A stretch of DNA of 64,000 nucleotides, from positions 194,159 to 258,158 of the forward strand of contig WAKB01000001.1 in the NCBI GenBank assembly GCA_015523545.1. The letters run 5' to 3'. Made by a program: the position numbers and the translations under genes. The notes beneath the pieces are model-generated. The model was not told the origin of the DNA. It saw nothing but the letters and a program-made list of their open reading frames with translations, and made no database searches. Below, in pieces: positions 19,467-29,919 of this stretch (position 1 is its first letter; each line of letters starts with the position of its first letter). Source of the DNA: Candidatus Geothermarchaeota archaeon. GTDB taxonomy: Archaea > Thermoproteota > Nitrososphaeria > Geothermarchaeales > JDFR-13.

Positions 19467-20435
19467 ATGGATATCCACGATGTATACAGAGGGGTTGAGA
19501 AGGGGGAGCTTCTCAACCTGGCCTACCCATCGCTGGGCCATATAGCAGAGCCAAGCGACGTACCTAGGCGGGATGTAGACCTCTCAATAGCGGCCGAGAA
19601 GTATATGGAGAGCCTCGGACTAGGTAGTGGCTGGATAGCATCTGCAGTCCCGAGCCCCAGGGAGGCCATAGAGGCAGTAGCATCCCTACTACCGAGGGGT
19701 AGGACAGCCTATATACTTCCCTGGCATACAGAGGCCGAGAAGGCTCTGAAGAGGATCTACAAGCCACTAGTCTCCATACCCGTAGATGGAGTCGACCCGA
19801 TACCCAGCTTCCTAGACTACAACTTCGAGTACGACGGCCTATACTACATCGAGATCCCAGACAGGACCACGGGAAAGACCTACCTGAACCTCCTAGCAAA
19901 GACCGTGGAGACACTCGTAGACAAGGCGGGACTCATACTCGTCGACATCACATATCTACACACAGCCCCCAGCGATGAGAGGGAAGCCGTAGCCAGGCTC
20001 CTATCCATAGAGGAGGTATGGTCAGCATACCTAGCCAGGCTGCCAGAGTCCCTCACGAGGCACGACTATACAGCCACGATCCTCATACATAGGATAGACG
20101 GCTTAGACATAGACCCGGCACCACCACCCATAGCCAGGTCAACGGCATCGGACCTCATCTACCAGGTCAGCCTCTGGGACGGTCTCATAGACACCGTCTC
20201 CGAGACTCTGAGCCAGAGAAAGGAGTTACTGAGGGAGATAGGTATAGAGGCTGGGGGAGCCTCCGTAGCGATTGAGGTTGAAGACCCGGGAGACGCGGAG
20301 TTGATAGCTAGGTCTAGGGGAGTCATACTCAGGAGGCTTGACAAAATCGGGAGGATAGGGATGAGCCTCTACACCAAGACAGACTTCCCAAAGGCTGTGG
20401 AGAAGATCCGGGATGTCCTCGAGGCCAGACCCTAG
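19467..20435 (+). CDS. Aminotransferase-fold (type I PLP fold)-like protein lacking the Schiff-base lysine
   Basis: 322 aa. IPDRTTGKTY aligns with the NPxNPTG region and LILVDITYLH with the DExY region. The expected SxSK position reads LIHRIDG. Starts 10 nt after sdhB. Confidence 0.35.
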   Translation: MDIHDVYRGVEKGELLNLAYPSLGHIAEPSDVPRRDVDLSIAAEKYMESLGLGSGWIASAVPSPREAIEAVASLLPRGRTAYILPWHTEAEKALKRIYKPLVSIPVDGVDPIPSFLDYNFEYDGLYYIEIPDRTTGKTYLNLLAKTVETLVDKAGLILVDITYLHTAPSDEREAVARLLSIEEVWSAYLARLPESLTRHDYTATILIHRIDGLDIDPAPPPIARSTASDLIYQVSLWDGLIDTVSETLSQRKELLREIGIEAGGASVAIEVEDPGDAELIARSRGVILRRLDKIGRIGMSLYTKTDFPKAVEKIRDVLEARP

Positions 20436-21099
20436 GGAGGTATATAGGAGGCTGAGGAGAGCCGTAAAGCTAAGGAGGCAGAGGTTCACCACCCTAGAGG
20501 CAGGCCAGGACATATTCGCCAAGGCGGTGGCCACAATACTCAGCCAGAACACCAACGACGAGAACAGCATAGCAGCCTACCAAGAGCTGAGCAGGAATTT
20601 GGAGGTGACCCCAGAGTCGATGCTCAGGATAGGCCTAGAGGAGCTTGAGAACCTCATCAGGAGGGCCGGCCTCCAGAGGCAGAAGGCGAGAGCCATAAAG
20701 AACCTCGCCAAGAAGGTTGTTGAGGAGCTGGATGGAGACCTAGCCAGACTAGCGGAGATGGATACCGAGGAGGCCAGGGAATGGCTCCTAGGGATAGAGG
20801 GGATAGGAAAGAAGACGGCCGATATAATCCTGATAAACCTGGGCCACCCCACGTTCCCAGTGGACACCCACATCTCCAGGATCACATGTAGACTCGGGAT
20901 AACAGATAGTAGGCGGTACGACGAGGTCTCGAAGGCATGGATAGAGGCCCTAGACCCGAGCCAGTACCACGATGCACACCTAAGGCTAATAGCATTCGGC
21001 AGAACAGTCTGCACAAGCAGGAACCCGAGGTGTGGAGACTGCGTTTTAAACGATATATGCCGATACTATAGCGAAGATGGTCAAGGTTGTAAGGCTTAG
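20413..21099 (+). CDS. nth: Endonuclease III (HhH-GPD DNA glycosylase/AP lyase)
   Basis: 228 aa. GIGKKTADIIL (HhH), VDTHISR, and the C-terminal cluster CTSRNPRCGDCVLNDIC. Confidence 0.85.
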   Translation: MSSRPDPREVYRRLRRAVKLRRQRFTTLEAGQDIFAKAVATILSQNTNDENSIAAYQELSRNLEVTPESMLRIGLEELENLIRRAGLQRQKARAIKNLAKKVVEELDGDLARLAEMDTEEAREWLLGIEGIGKKTADIILINLGHPTFPVDTHISRITCRLGITDSRRYDEVSKAWIEALDPSQYHDAHLRLIAFGRTVCTSRNPRCGDCVLNDICRYYSEDGQGCKA

Positions 21100-22207
21100 G
21101 AGGGGTGTAGAGACGCCAAGGCCCACCATATACAGCAAATGGGTCTATGACCATGGTGGGGCCGAGCCAGGGGAGGAAGTCATCGTCGAGACATATGATA
21201 GGGAGACGATAGGCGTAGGGATCTACGACGGGGCAGGCCCAATAGCTGTTAGGATGCTAGGGATAGGGGTGGCCGCACCCGCAGCACAGCTCCTAGAGGA
21301 GAACCTCCTCAAGGCATACACCCTCAGGAGAGGCCTAGGCTGGGACTCATATAGACTGGTGAACTCGGACGGCGACATGATACCAGGGATAATCATAGAC
21401 ATCTATAGAGACACAGCCGTTATACAGAGCGGGAGCCTAGGGATGGACCACCACCTAGAGACGATAGCACGGATACTGAAGAAGCACGGGATTGCAGAAT
21501 ACATCTACATAAGGAATGACCAGAGGAGCAGGCGTGAAGCCGGCCTAGACACGTGGAAGGACTGGCTCGGTAAGAGAGGCGATACACTAATAACCATCAA
21601 TGAAGGAGAAGCGACGTTCCTAGTCGACATAGAGAACGGCCACAAGACAGGCTTCTTCCTAGACCAGCGGATGAATAGGCTGGAGACGAGGCTATACACT
21701 AGAGACAGGGTCGTACACGACCTCTACGCCTATACAGGCGGCTTCGGCATCCATGCCCTACTATCAGGGGCCAAGAAGGTCTACTTCATAGAGAGGGATG
21801 GATGGGCCGCCGAGATGATCGAGGAGAATATTAGGCTAAACAAGCTTGGTAACCATAGCTACGAGGTGGTAGTGGGAGACGCCATGGAGTGGCTAAGAGA
21901 GGCTAGGGGAGGCCTAATCATAGCAGATCCAAACGCCTTCATACAGAGCCGGAGAGAGACCGAACAAGGCACGGAGAGGTATAGAGAGCTCTATAGAGGG
22001 GTATATGCCTCCCTAGAATATGGGGGAGTAGCCTTCCTAAGCAGCTGCAGCTACTTCCTAAGTGAGAAGCGGTTCTTAGAGATTGTCTCCAGCCTGGGGA
22101 GCCACAGGATCCTAGGCTGGATAAGGGGCGCCTCGCCAGACCACGTAGTTAGACACGACACCCCAGAGCTACGATACCTAAAGGCGGTCTTCATCTACAA
22201 GGCCTAG
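21077..22207 (+). CDS. PUA-domain class I SAM-dependent RNA (m5C) methyltransferase, RlmI-like
   Basis: 376 aa. GHKTGFFLDQRMNR, DLYAYTGGFG, IADPNAF. Confidence 0.65.
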   Translation: MVKVVRLRRGVETPRPTIYSKWVYDHGGAEPGEEVIVETYDRETIGVGIYDGAGPIAVRMLGIGVAAPAAQLLEENLLKAYTLRRGLGWDSYRLVNSDGDMIPGIIIDIYRDTAVIQSGSLGMDHHLETIARILKKHGIAEYIYIRNDQRSRREAGLDTWKDWLGKRGDTLITINEGEATFLVDIENGHKTGFFLDQRMNRLETRLYTRDRVVHDLYAYTGGFGIHALLSGAKKVYFIERDGWAAEMIEENIRLNKLGNHSYEVVVGDAMEWLREARGGLIIADPNAFIQSRRETEQGTERYRELYRGVYASLEYGGVAFLSSCSYFLSEKRFLEIVSSLGSHRILGWIRGASPDHVVRHDTPELRYLKAVFIYKA

Positions 22208-22779
22208 CTTATCTCGATACTCTCTATAAACTCAAGCTCCCTAATCTCCTCTATAGCCTTACCAGGCACCGGGCCCTCAGTAACTATGTACAGCTTCTGA
22301 GCCTCCTTGAGATAGGGGCTCTCAGCAATAACCTGGACAATATTGACCCCATGCCTAGCCAGTATACTAGATACACCAGCAATGATACCTGGCTGATCCC
22401 TCCTAGGCGTTATCGATAATACGGAGTAGCCCAGTAGGCGGGCCACATCCCTCAGGAAGGGACCTGCAGGCAATAGCCTCTCAAAGAAGTTGGAGAGCCA
22501 CTCGTCACGACCTATAAACTCGACGGCGCTCTGTACAACACGCCTATCAACACCTAGGGCCTCAGCCATGGATGAGAAGGGGATCCTAACACTCCCGAGG
22601 TAGATCTTGCCAGACCTCACGGAGAGGCCATAGTTCACCAGGGCCTCAACAACCCTCTTCTGGGCGGGGCGGTCGCGGAAGACCTCATCGATATAGCTGG
22701 GGAGATCCTTCAAGCCGATCCACCATAGACTCGATACATCAGTCACATATTTAATGCTCCAGAGCCTCTTAATGTTCAT
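22204..22779 (-). CDS. wHTH + ACT-domain regulator of amino-acid metabolism
   Basis: 191 aa. C-terminal ACT-like segment [33 protein letters not shown]. Divergent from trpB2. Confidence 0.55.
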   Translation of the reverse strand: MNIKRLWSIKYVTDVSSLWWIGLKDLPSYIDEVFRDRPAQKRVVEALVNYGLSVRSGKIYLGSVRIPFSSMAEALGVDRRVVQSAVEFIGRDEWLSNFFERLLPAGPFLRDVARLLGYSVLSITPRRDQPGIIAGVSSILARHGVNIVQVIAESPYLKEAQKLYIVTEGPVPGKAIEEIRELEFIESIEIS

Positions 22780-22817
22780 TAATGCTTAAATATGTTCATC
22801 GATGTATATCTATTATC

Positions 22818-24182
22818 ATGACTCCGAGAACCATCCACCTAGACCCTGAGGAGATGCCACGGAGATGGTACAACATACTCCCAGACCTCCCAGAGCCACT
22901 GCCACCACCACTAGACCCAGAGACTGGTAAGCCACTGGGCCCAGAGAAGCTAGCCCCACTATTCCCGATGGAGCTTATCAAGCAGGAGGTGAGCACCAAA
23001 CGCTTCATAGACATACCTGAGGAGGTGTTGGAGGTATATAGGATCTACAGACCCACCCCCCTATTCAGGGCGAAGTATCTAGAGGAGAAGCTGGGAACGC
23101 CAGCCAAGATCTTCTATAAATATGAGGGGGTGAGCCCTACTGGTAGCCATAAGCCGAACACAGCTATAGCCCAGGCCTACTACAATATGAGGGAGGGCGT
23201 TGAGAGGCTAACCACCGAGACGGGGGCTGGACAGTGGGGAAGCGCCCTATCCTTCGCCGGATACGTCTATGGACTCAAGGTCACAGTCTACATGGTGAGG
23301 ATAAGCTACCTACAGAAACCCTTCCGGAAGGTATTGATGAAGCTATATGGGGCAGACGTAGTGCCCAGCCCTAGCGAGAGAACCCCCTATGGCAGGGAGC
23401 TTCTAAAGGAGGATCCGGAGCACCCGGGCAGCCTAGGCATCGCTATTACAGAGGCGGTCTACGACGCGGCTACAAACGAGAATACCAAGTATAGCCTAGG
23501 CAGCGTACTCAACCATGTCCTGATGCACCAGACCATCATGGGGCTCGAGGCGATCAAGCAGATGGAGATGATAGATATGATGCCCGACTACGTCGTGGGA
23601 GCAGTTGGGGGAGGGAGCAACTTCGCCGGCCTAGCATATCCATTCTACATGTTGAAGAAGGAGGGGAAGGCCAACCCCAAGCTCCTGGCCGTGGAGCCTA
23701 CAGCCGCCCCCACACTCACCAAGGGAGTCTATACCTACGACTTCGGAGACACGGGTAGGATGACACCACTGCTGAAGATGTATACACTGGGACACACCTT
23801 CATACCACCCCCCATCCACGCGGGTGGGCTCAGATACCATGGCGATGCACCCACGCTATGCCTCCTGAAGGAGAAGGGTGAGATAGATGCCGTAGCCTAT
23901 AACCAGGTCGAGGTCTTCGAGGCGGCAAAGCTATTCTTCACCACCGAGGGGATACTACCAGCCCCAGAGTCTGCCCATGCTGTGAAGGCTGCTATAGACC
24001 TAGCTGTCGAGGCCAAGGAGAAGGGTGAGGAGAGGGTTATACTCTTCAACCTGAGTGGGCATGGATTCTTCGATATGAAGGCTTATGAAGAGTTTATCGA
24101 GGGGAGGCTGGAGCCCTACGACTATCCAGAGGAGGAGATCAGGCGGAATATTGAGAAGCTCAGGGAGATAGTCAAGGTCTGA
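22818..24182 (+). CDS. trpB2: TrpB2-type tryptophan synthase beta-like PLP enzyme
   Basis: The ORF opens at 22782, but ATG 22818 (MTPRTIHLD) leaves room for a TATA (TTAAATAT, ~27 nt upstream). [11 protein letters not shown] (PLP lysine), [11 protein letters not shown], ~454 aa. Confidence 0.8.
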   Translation: MTPRTIHLDPEEMPRRWYNILPDLPEPLPPPLDPETGKPLGPEKLAPLFPMELIKQEVSTKRFIDIPEEVLEVYRIYRPTPLFRAKYLEEKLGTPAKIFYKYEGVSPTGSHKPNTAIAQAYYNMREGVERLTTETGAGQWGSALSFAGYVYGLKVTVYMVRISYLQKPFRKVLMKLYGADVVPSPSERTPYGRELLKEDPEHPGSLGIAITEAVYDAATNENTKYSLGSVLNHVLMHQTIMGLEAIKQMEMIDMMPDYVVGAVGGGSNFAGLAYPFYMLKKEGKANPKLLAVEPTAAPTLTKGVYTYDFGDTGRMTPLLKMYTLGHTFIPPPIHAGGLRYHGDAPTLCLLKEKGEIDAVAYNQVEVFEAAKLFFTTEGILPAPESAHAVKAAIDLAVEAKEKGEERVILFNLSGHGFFDMKAYEEFIEGRLEPYDYPEEEIRRNIEKLREIVKV

Positions 24183-24735
24183 GGCGGAGGAGTAGGAGCT
24201 CCTCCCCACCCATATCCATTTTATCCACTATACCCCCTCCATACCTCTCAAGTATCCCTTCATAGCTAGTCAGGCTAGAGACCACTACATAGATCTCTGA
24301 GCCACATCCTCTAAGCCTATCCAGAATCTTCAACAGGGTCTCGACACCACCCTCACCACCCAGGAACAGGCTATCCACAGTTGTTGAGGGATCCCCAGGC
24401 AGGTATGGAGGATTTATAAGGACCAGTCCGAATCCACACCTAAAGGCTTCATACCCATCGGCTAGGACGAGATCCACATATCCATCGACACCATTACGTA
24501 TAACGTTTCTAGAGGCCCAGGCCAGAGCCTCCCAGGAGATATCGGTTCCGACTGCGTAGACACCCCTCCTACCCAGCAGGATAGCCAAGACACCCGACCC
24601 AGTCCCAATATCCAGTGCGGAGCACCCCTCGTCGACCCCCTCAGCCACCGACGCTATGAGGAGGGTGTCCTCAGCAGGCCTGTAGACATGGCTATCACCC
24701 TCAAGCTCCACACCCCTGAACACTGTTCTCCACAT
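24172..24735 (-). CDS. HemK/Mtq2-type N5-glutamine (NPPY) methyltransferase
   Basis: [11 protein letters not shown] (motif I), LINPPYLPG (motif IV). The track ORF extends to 24837 but would overlap the divergent gene. ATG at 24735 (MWRTVFRG) gives ~188 aa. Confidence 0.6.
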   Translation of the reverse strand: MWRTVFRGVELEGDSHVYRPAEDTLLIASVAEGVDEGCSALDIGTGSGVLAILLGRRGVYAVGTDISWEALAWASRNVIRNGVDGYVDLVLADGYEAFRCGFGLVLINPPYLPGDPSTTVDSLFLGGEGGVETLLKILDRLRGCGSEIYVVVSSLTSYEGILERYGGGIVDKMDMGGEELLLLRLRP

Positions 24736-24791
24736 CCCTAGCCACCCATAGCGCCTTAATACCCAGCAGACATTGTCCATACTATGTAGCG

Positions 24792-25925
24792 ATGACAAAG
24801 ATAGTAGAGAGGCTAGACCTAGGAGAATATGCCACATTCAAGCCTAATAAGGACCTCCCCCGCCACAGATGGTTCTACTTCAAAGAGGGATTCTCACGCC
24901 ACCTAGTCGACTATATGATTAGGAGGTTCAAGATAGGCGGGGGAGACACAGTCCTAGACCCCTTCATGGGTGTAGGGACAACCCCATTGACATGTAGAGA
25001 ACTGGGTATAAACACCGTCGGGGTCGAGGTAAGCCCCCTATTCAAGATGGTGGCCGAGGCCAAGATCTCCGACTACGACATTGACAGGCTGAGGGAGGTA
25101 TCCAGTGAGATAATGTCTAGGAGGGGGAGGGTAGACCTATCGGGGCAGCACCCACTACTGATAAAGGCGTTTCCACGCCACAACCTCTACGACATCATAC
25201 TCTATAGGGAGGCGATAGAGGAGATACCCGAGGCGAGGTATAGAAACTTCTTCTACACAGCCCTGGTATCAGCGGCTAACAAGGCGGGATACGCCTTCAA
25301 AGACGGTAGCAGGGTCAAGATAGTCCCCAAGAAACACGTCCCGCCCTTCAAGGAGATGTTCCGGAGGACGGTCAAGACGATGATCAGCGACGTGGAGAAT
25401 CTACCCCTAAAGGATGTCGAGTACTCACTATACCAGGGAGACGCCAGGAGACTCACCATGCTGGGGGATGAAGAGATAGACGCCGTAATAACCTCTCCCC
25501 CATACCTAAACAAGATAGAATACACCACCCTCTACGAGATAGAATACCTACTTGTATATGGAGACACCAGGGTAAACCCTATAAGGAGCTATATAGGCCT
25601 AACCTTCAGCAGGGAGGACGTACTAGAGCTCCCCAGGGAGTATGAAGACCTACCGCCCGGGGCTAGGGCATACTTCGCAGATCTTAGACAGGCGGTCGAG
25701 GAGATGTATAGAGTCCTGAGGAGGAATGGGAGGGCGGCCATAGTCATCGGCCAGGGAATATATCCGGACAGGATCATACCATCAGACAGGATACTGGTAG
25801 AGATAGCCCGGGGAATAGGCTTCAGAGAGGCGGAGATATGGATAGTCAACAAGAGGATAGCCACTAGGAGCAGGACGATAAAGATAGGCGTCGCAGAGGA
25901 GTCGATAGTCATCCTAAGGAAGTAG
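24792..25925 (+). CDS. (S/D/N)PPY-family N-methyltransferase, most likely N6A/N4C DNA methyltransferase, motif I before motif IV
   Basis: 377 aa. GDTVLDPFMGVGTT (motif I, ~aa 52-65) and DAVITSPPYLNK (motif IV, ~aa 230) sit ~170 aa apart. No nuclease partner is visible. Confidence 0.55.
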   Translation: MTKIVERLDLGEYATFKPNKDLPRHRWFYFKEGFSRHLVDYMIRRFKIGGGDTVLDPFMGVGTTPLTCRELGINTVGVEVSPLFKMVAEAKISDYDIDRLREVSSEIMSRRGRVDLSGQHPLLIKAFPRHNLYDIILYREAIEEIPEARYRNFFYTALVSAANKAGYAFKDGSRVKIVPKKHVPPFKEMFRRTVKTMISDVENLPLKDVEYSLYQGDARRLTMLGDEEIDAVITSPPYLNKIEYTTLYEIEYLLVYGDTRVNPIRSYIGLTFSREDVLELPREYEDLPPGARAYFADLRQAVEEMYRVLRRNGRAAIVIGQGIYPDRIIPSDRILVEIARGIGFREAEIWIVNKRIATRSRTIKIGVAEESIVILRK

Positions 25926-25966
25926 CCATATATTTAGGGGTTGAGAGCCATACCTAGGGATAAGGG

Positions 25967-26797
25967 ATGTATGTGATGACCCCCGACTATACACTGATAG
26001 ATATCAATAGCGGTGGTGAAGCCACAGTCGCCGTGCTTGTGGAGGAGGCCTCATCAGAAAGTGGCCTGACGATCTACCTAGGGGAAGTGCATCAGCGGAG
26101 ATGGATAATAAGCCTATCCATAGATATACTGGAGCGTCTAGCGGGTATGGAGGGTGAGCTATACATAGGCATGGAGCACTTCAACATCGAGCAACTGGAC
26201 CTCCTAGACGCCTACCTAGAGGGAGAGATGGAGTGGGATGAGCTTGTAGAGAAGTATGAGGAGGGTCCGGAGGGCTTTGACCTCGAATACTACAGGCCAC
26301 TGATAGAATGGGCCCGTGACAACAACACACATATATACGGCCTCATGCCCCCCAGGATATACGCCTCACAACTCGTAAGGCTATACATGTCTGGCGACAA
26401 GGAGGGTGTCGACAGGCTTCTAGCCAGATACGGGATAAGCATCGATGACCTGGACGCTGGGGAGGAGTATAGAGAGAGGTTTCTACAGCTCATCCCGAGG
26501 GAGGGGCCCATGGCCAGGCTGGATCCAGAGGCACTACTCCTAGCACAGTCGTTCAAGGACGAGGTGATGGCTAGGAGGATAGTAGAGCTCAGCAGGAGGT
26601 ACAGGGCCGGATACATATTGACTGGCTCGGGCCACGTGGAGCACAAGGGGAGCGTCCCCACAAGGGTGGTGAAGCACGGATACAGAGGTGGATACACAGT
26701 GGTAACATCTAGGGAGGCGGGTAGGGAGGAGGCCCTAGAAGAGCTGAGGAGGGCCGGGAAATACCTGGTAGCGAGGTACCTAGCCCTACCCAGATAG
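25967..26797 (+). CDS. ChaN/Tiki-like haem-binding family protein
   Basis: 276 aa. LYIGMEHFNIEQ and TGSGHVEHKGSVP resemble ChaN-family signatures. Confidence 0.45.
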   Translation: MYVMTPDYTLIDINSGGEATVAVLVEEASSESGLTIYLGEVHQRRWIISLSIDILERLAGMEGELYIGMEHFNIEQLDLLDAYLEGEMEWDELVEKYEEGPEGFDLEYYRPLIEWARDNNTHIYGLMPPRIYASQLVRLYMSGDKEGVDRLLARYGISIDDLDAGEEYRERFLQLIPREGPMARLDPEALLLAQSFKDEVMARRIVELSRRYRAGYILTGSGHVEHKGSVPTRVVKHGYRGGYTVVTSREAGREEALEELRRAGKYLVARYLALPR

Positions 26798-26809
26798 GGG
26801 TGTAGCTGG

Positions 26810-28516
26810 ATGAAGAGGTTCCTAGACATCCACTCATACAGGCTGGGCCGGAGGATAGGTGATAAGCTCCTCTACATCTCTGACAAGGAGGGGAGGCCCA
26901 AGCTATACCAGATGATGGACGGTGTCGAGACCCTACTACTCGACGTGGACAGGGTCATAGGCTATACCCTAGACCCTGGGAGGAGACTAGTCGTAGTAAA
27001 CCATGACGAGGCCGGTAACGAGAGGTGGAGGATAACGGTCCTAGACAACGTTGGGCAGAGGCTGGCTGAGATCGGGGATGGGAGGAGCATAAACCACATA
27101 GGCACACCGGGGGAGACATATGAGATACCCTATACATCCAACAAGGAGTGGGGATCCGAGTTCGGACTATACATATATAGGCTGGAGGATGGGGAGGAGG
27201 AGTTCATCTACGGCCCCGAGACCGGGCTCTACGGCTCGGGCATGAGTAGAGACGGAGAGCTCCTCTACGCACAGGTATTCAGAAGCTCATCCGACGTGGA
27301 GCTCCTAATAATTGAGAGGGAGACCGGCAGGGTTGTAGACAGGATAGGCGGAGGGGGAGACGTGGTATACCTCCCCCGATGGAGGGATAGGGACAGCCTA
27401 TACATAGTAACAGATATAGGGGAGGAGACCCCCTACCTAGCCCTCTACAGGGTAGGCGGAGGCATAGAGCCGATAATAAATAGTGAGTGGGGAGTAGAGA
27501 CCTACGGAGTGACGAGCAGTGGAGAGATAATCTACAGCCTAAACGTGAGGGGTGACTCGAGGCTCTACATAGGTGAGAAGGAAGTCGAGAAGCCTATGGG
27601 TGTCGTGACCTATATAGACGTCGATGGAGAGGCCACCATCTCCATGAACACCGTCAAGTATGGAGAGTCTATATGGAGACTAGTCGGTGATACACTGGAG
27701 CCGATCCTCTACCCCAGGGAGATAGAGGATCTATGGGACACGATAGTCGAGCCCGAGATACATACCTACCAGTCATTCGACGGCCTCGAGATAGACCTCC
27801 TACTATATAGGCCTAGGAACAGGGAGAAGCCACACCCAACAATCATAAACCCCCATGGGGGGCCAGAGTCCCAGAGCAGGCCGATGTACAGCCCAATGAT
27901 ACAGGGCCTAGTGTCACTGGGCTACGCCGTCGCCCAGCCGAACTATAGGGGCGGCACGGGGTATGGAAAGACCTTCAAAGAGATGGATAGGGTGGAGAAG
28001 AGGGTGGACAGCCTACGAGACGTATACGAAGGAGCTAGATACCTCATAGAGACAGGCCTAGTAGACCCAGAGAGGCTCGGGATCATGGGTGGGAGCTACG
28101 GTGGATATGTCACCCTCTACATGGTGACCCACCACCCCAGACTATTCAAGGCAGCGGTATCAGTAGTCGGGATAGCAAACCTAGAGACCTTCCTCAGGAA
28201 TACGGGGCCGTGGAGAAGGAGCCACAGGGAGTATAAGTATGGAAGCCTAGATAGGGATCTCGACACCCTGAGGAGGCTATCACCCATACACTACATCGAT
28301 AGGGTAGAGACACCCCTCCTACTCATACACGGGAGGAACGACCCGAGAGTACCTGTGGAGGAGAGTATAGAGATGTATAGAAAGCTCTCCGAGAAGGGGG
28401 TGGAGACAAAGCTCATAATATACGAGGATGAGGGGCATGGCGTGGTAAAGAGGCGTAACAGGGAGCACTATATGGAGAGCGTGGCCCAGTGGTTCACCAG
28501 GCACATGCCCCCATAG
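26810..28516 (+). CDS. S9 prolyl oligopeptidase/acylaminoacyl-peptidase family serine peptidase
   Basis: 568 aa. N-terminal beta-propeller-like region, GGSYGGY (nucleophile Ser), HGRNDPRVP, EGHG. Confidence 0.8.
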   Translation: MKRFLDIHSYRLGRRIGDKLLYISDKEGRPKLYQMMDGVETLLLDVDRVIGYTLDPGRRLVVVNHDEAGNERWRITVLDNVGQRLAEIGDGRSINHIGTPGETYEIPYTSNKEWGSEFGLYIYRLEDGEEEFIYGPETGLYGSGMSRDGELLYAQVFRSSSDVELLIIERETGRVVDRIGGGGDVVYLPRWRDRDSLYIVTDIGEETPYLALYRVGGGIEPIINSEWGVETYGVTSSGEIIYSLNVRGDSRLYIGEKEVEKPMGVVTYIDVDGEATISMNTVKYGESIWRLVGDTLEPILYPREIEDLWDTIVEPEIHTYQSFDGLEIDLLLYRPRNREKPHPTIINPHGGPESQSRPMYSPMIQGLVSLGYAVAQPNYRGGTGYGKTFKEMDRVEKRVDSLRDVYEGARYLIETGLVDPERLGIMGGSYGGYVTLYMVTHHPRLFKAAVSVVGIANLETFLRNTGPWRRSHREYKYGSLDRDLDTLRRLSPIHYIDRVETPLLLIHGRNDPRVPVEESIEMYRKLSEKGVETKLIIYEDEGHGVVKRRNREHYMESVAQWFTRHMPP

Positions 28517-28565
28517 CCCCGTTTTATATCCTCTATACATACCATTATATACTTTTTGGGAGAAG

Positions 28566-28967
28566 ATGTTCACCCCCTACGAGGTAATAGTCAAGACGAT
28601 ACTACCAGCGATAAGAAGCATCCTCGTCAGGGAGCTGGCCGAGAAATATGGATATAAACAGATGGAGATAGCTAGGCATCTCTACATCACACAGGCCAGC
28701 GTATCATACTACCTGACCCACAGCAGGGGCAAGTATATCCAGGAGGTGGCTAAGTATCCAGACGTGACCGAGAGGATAAAGAGGCTTGCCGAGAAGATAC
28801 ACAGGGAGAAGCCGACGAAGGAGGAGCTGATCAAGGAGATAAACGACATAATCATGTATATCATGGCCAAGGAGTATATCTGCGAGGTACACAAGACACT
28901 CGAGCCCGACGTGGACATAGAGGAGTGTAAAGTCTGCGAAGCAATGATAATAGACAGATACAAGTAG
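28566..28967 (+). CDS. HTH transcriptional regulator with C-terminal Cys/His cluster
   Basis: 133 aa. KQMEIARHLYITQASVSYYL (HTH), C-terminal CEVH...CKVC. The promoter-like GTTTTATATCC lies at about 28523-28533, ~35-40 nt upstream of the start. Confidence 0.5.
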   Translation: MFTPYEVIVKTILPAIRSILVRELAEKYGYKQMEIARHLYITQASVSYYLTHSRGKYIQEVAKYPDVTERIKRLAEKIHREKPTKEELIKEINDIIMYIMAKEYICEVHKTLEPDVDIEECKVCEAMIIDRYK

Positions 28968-28989
28968 GGATCCACAGTATAATAGATGC

Positions 28990-29919
28990 ATGGCCGGGGA
29001 AGTAGAGATAGGCACACTCCTAAGACGGGCCTTCCAACTAGCTAAATATTCTTTTAGATGGGGTGTTATCCCCGGCCTAATAATCAGCAGACTCTCAAGC
29101 CGAGTTATAGACAGGCTAGGCGGCTATACGAGGCCCAGGCTAGAGGATCAGAGGAGCCTCATAGAGAGGAGGGACTGGAACGTCCTAGTCATACTAGACG
29201 CATGTAGATACGACGCCTACCTCATGAGTAGGGAGAGGCCCCAGTGGGGGAGGATCAAGCCTGTATATAGCCCCGCATCAATAACCCCCCACTGGCTCAT
29301 CAGGACATGGCTCGGGGGCGACTGGAGAGACACTATATACATATCCGCAAACATCTTCGCCAACAAGTCTATAGGGCCTATGAAGCATCTACACCGATAC
29401 TTCCAATACAGGCTTGGGGAGAGATTCTTAGATGTAGTGGAGGTATGGAGGAATAGTGACCCCGAGACCGGTGCGGTGCCCCCCGAGAGGGTGTACAGGG
29501 CCTACCGGATGATAAGGACTAAGATGAGGCTTAGGGGGCTACGCCTGGGGAGTGACTATAGACTGGTTATACACTTTATGCAGCCCCACACGCCCTACCT
29601 AGCCACGCCCAGGCTCAACCAGCTCGTAAATAAGCTCGATAGGGAGACCCGTAGAGACGGGATAGGCCTAGGCTTCGAATACATCTACATACCCATGCTA
29701 CGCAGAGCCTTGGGAGCCGAGGCCGACAAGGCTTTATGGAGGCTCTACATGGACAACCTTGAGAGGGCAGCTAGATATGCACGCCTAATAGCGGAGGAGA
29801 ATAGGGGCTACACAGTGATAACCGCCGACCATGGGGAGATGCTGGGCGAGTACAACCTATACTTCCACTTCGACGTGGCCACTCCACAGCTAAGGGTCGT
29901 GCCCTATCATAGACTATAG
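28990..29919 (+). CDS. Small alkaline-phosphatase-superfamily (sulfatase/PglZ-like core) protein
   Basis: 309 aa. VILDACRYD (metal Asp), YSPASITPHW (possible nucleophile), HFMQPHTPY, ITADHGEMLGE. Confidence 0.4.
   Translation: MAGEVEIGTLLRRAFQLAKYSFRWGVIPGLIISRLSSRVIDRLGGYTRPRLEDQRSLIERRDWNVLVILDACRYDAYLMSRERPQWGRIKPVYSPASITPHWLIRTWLGGDWRDTIYISANIFANKSIGPMKHLHRYFQYRLGERFLDVVEVWRNSDPETGAVPPERVYRAYRMIRTKMRLRGLRLGSDYRLVIHFMQPHTPYLATPRLNQLVNKLDRETRRDGIGLGFEYIYIPMLRRALGAEADKALWRLYMDNLERAARYARLIAEENRGYTVITADHGEMLGEYNLYFHFDVATPQLRVVPYHRL

Noticed and set aside
24736-24837. N-terminal extension of the Mtq2-like ORF overlapping the divergent methyltransferase start.
   Set aside because: The extension is hydrophobic and low-complexity and would overlap the neighbouring gene's start. 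An internal ATG at 24735 gives a protein of normal length.
25975-26000. GTGATGA-N14-CTGA resembling half of a C/D sRNA. A similar ATGATGA occurs at 1696-1702.
   Set aside because: Both lie in the first codons of protein genes, the spacing is not 12 nt, and no C'/D pair follows.
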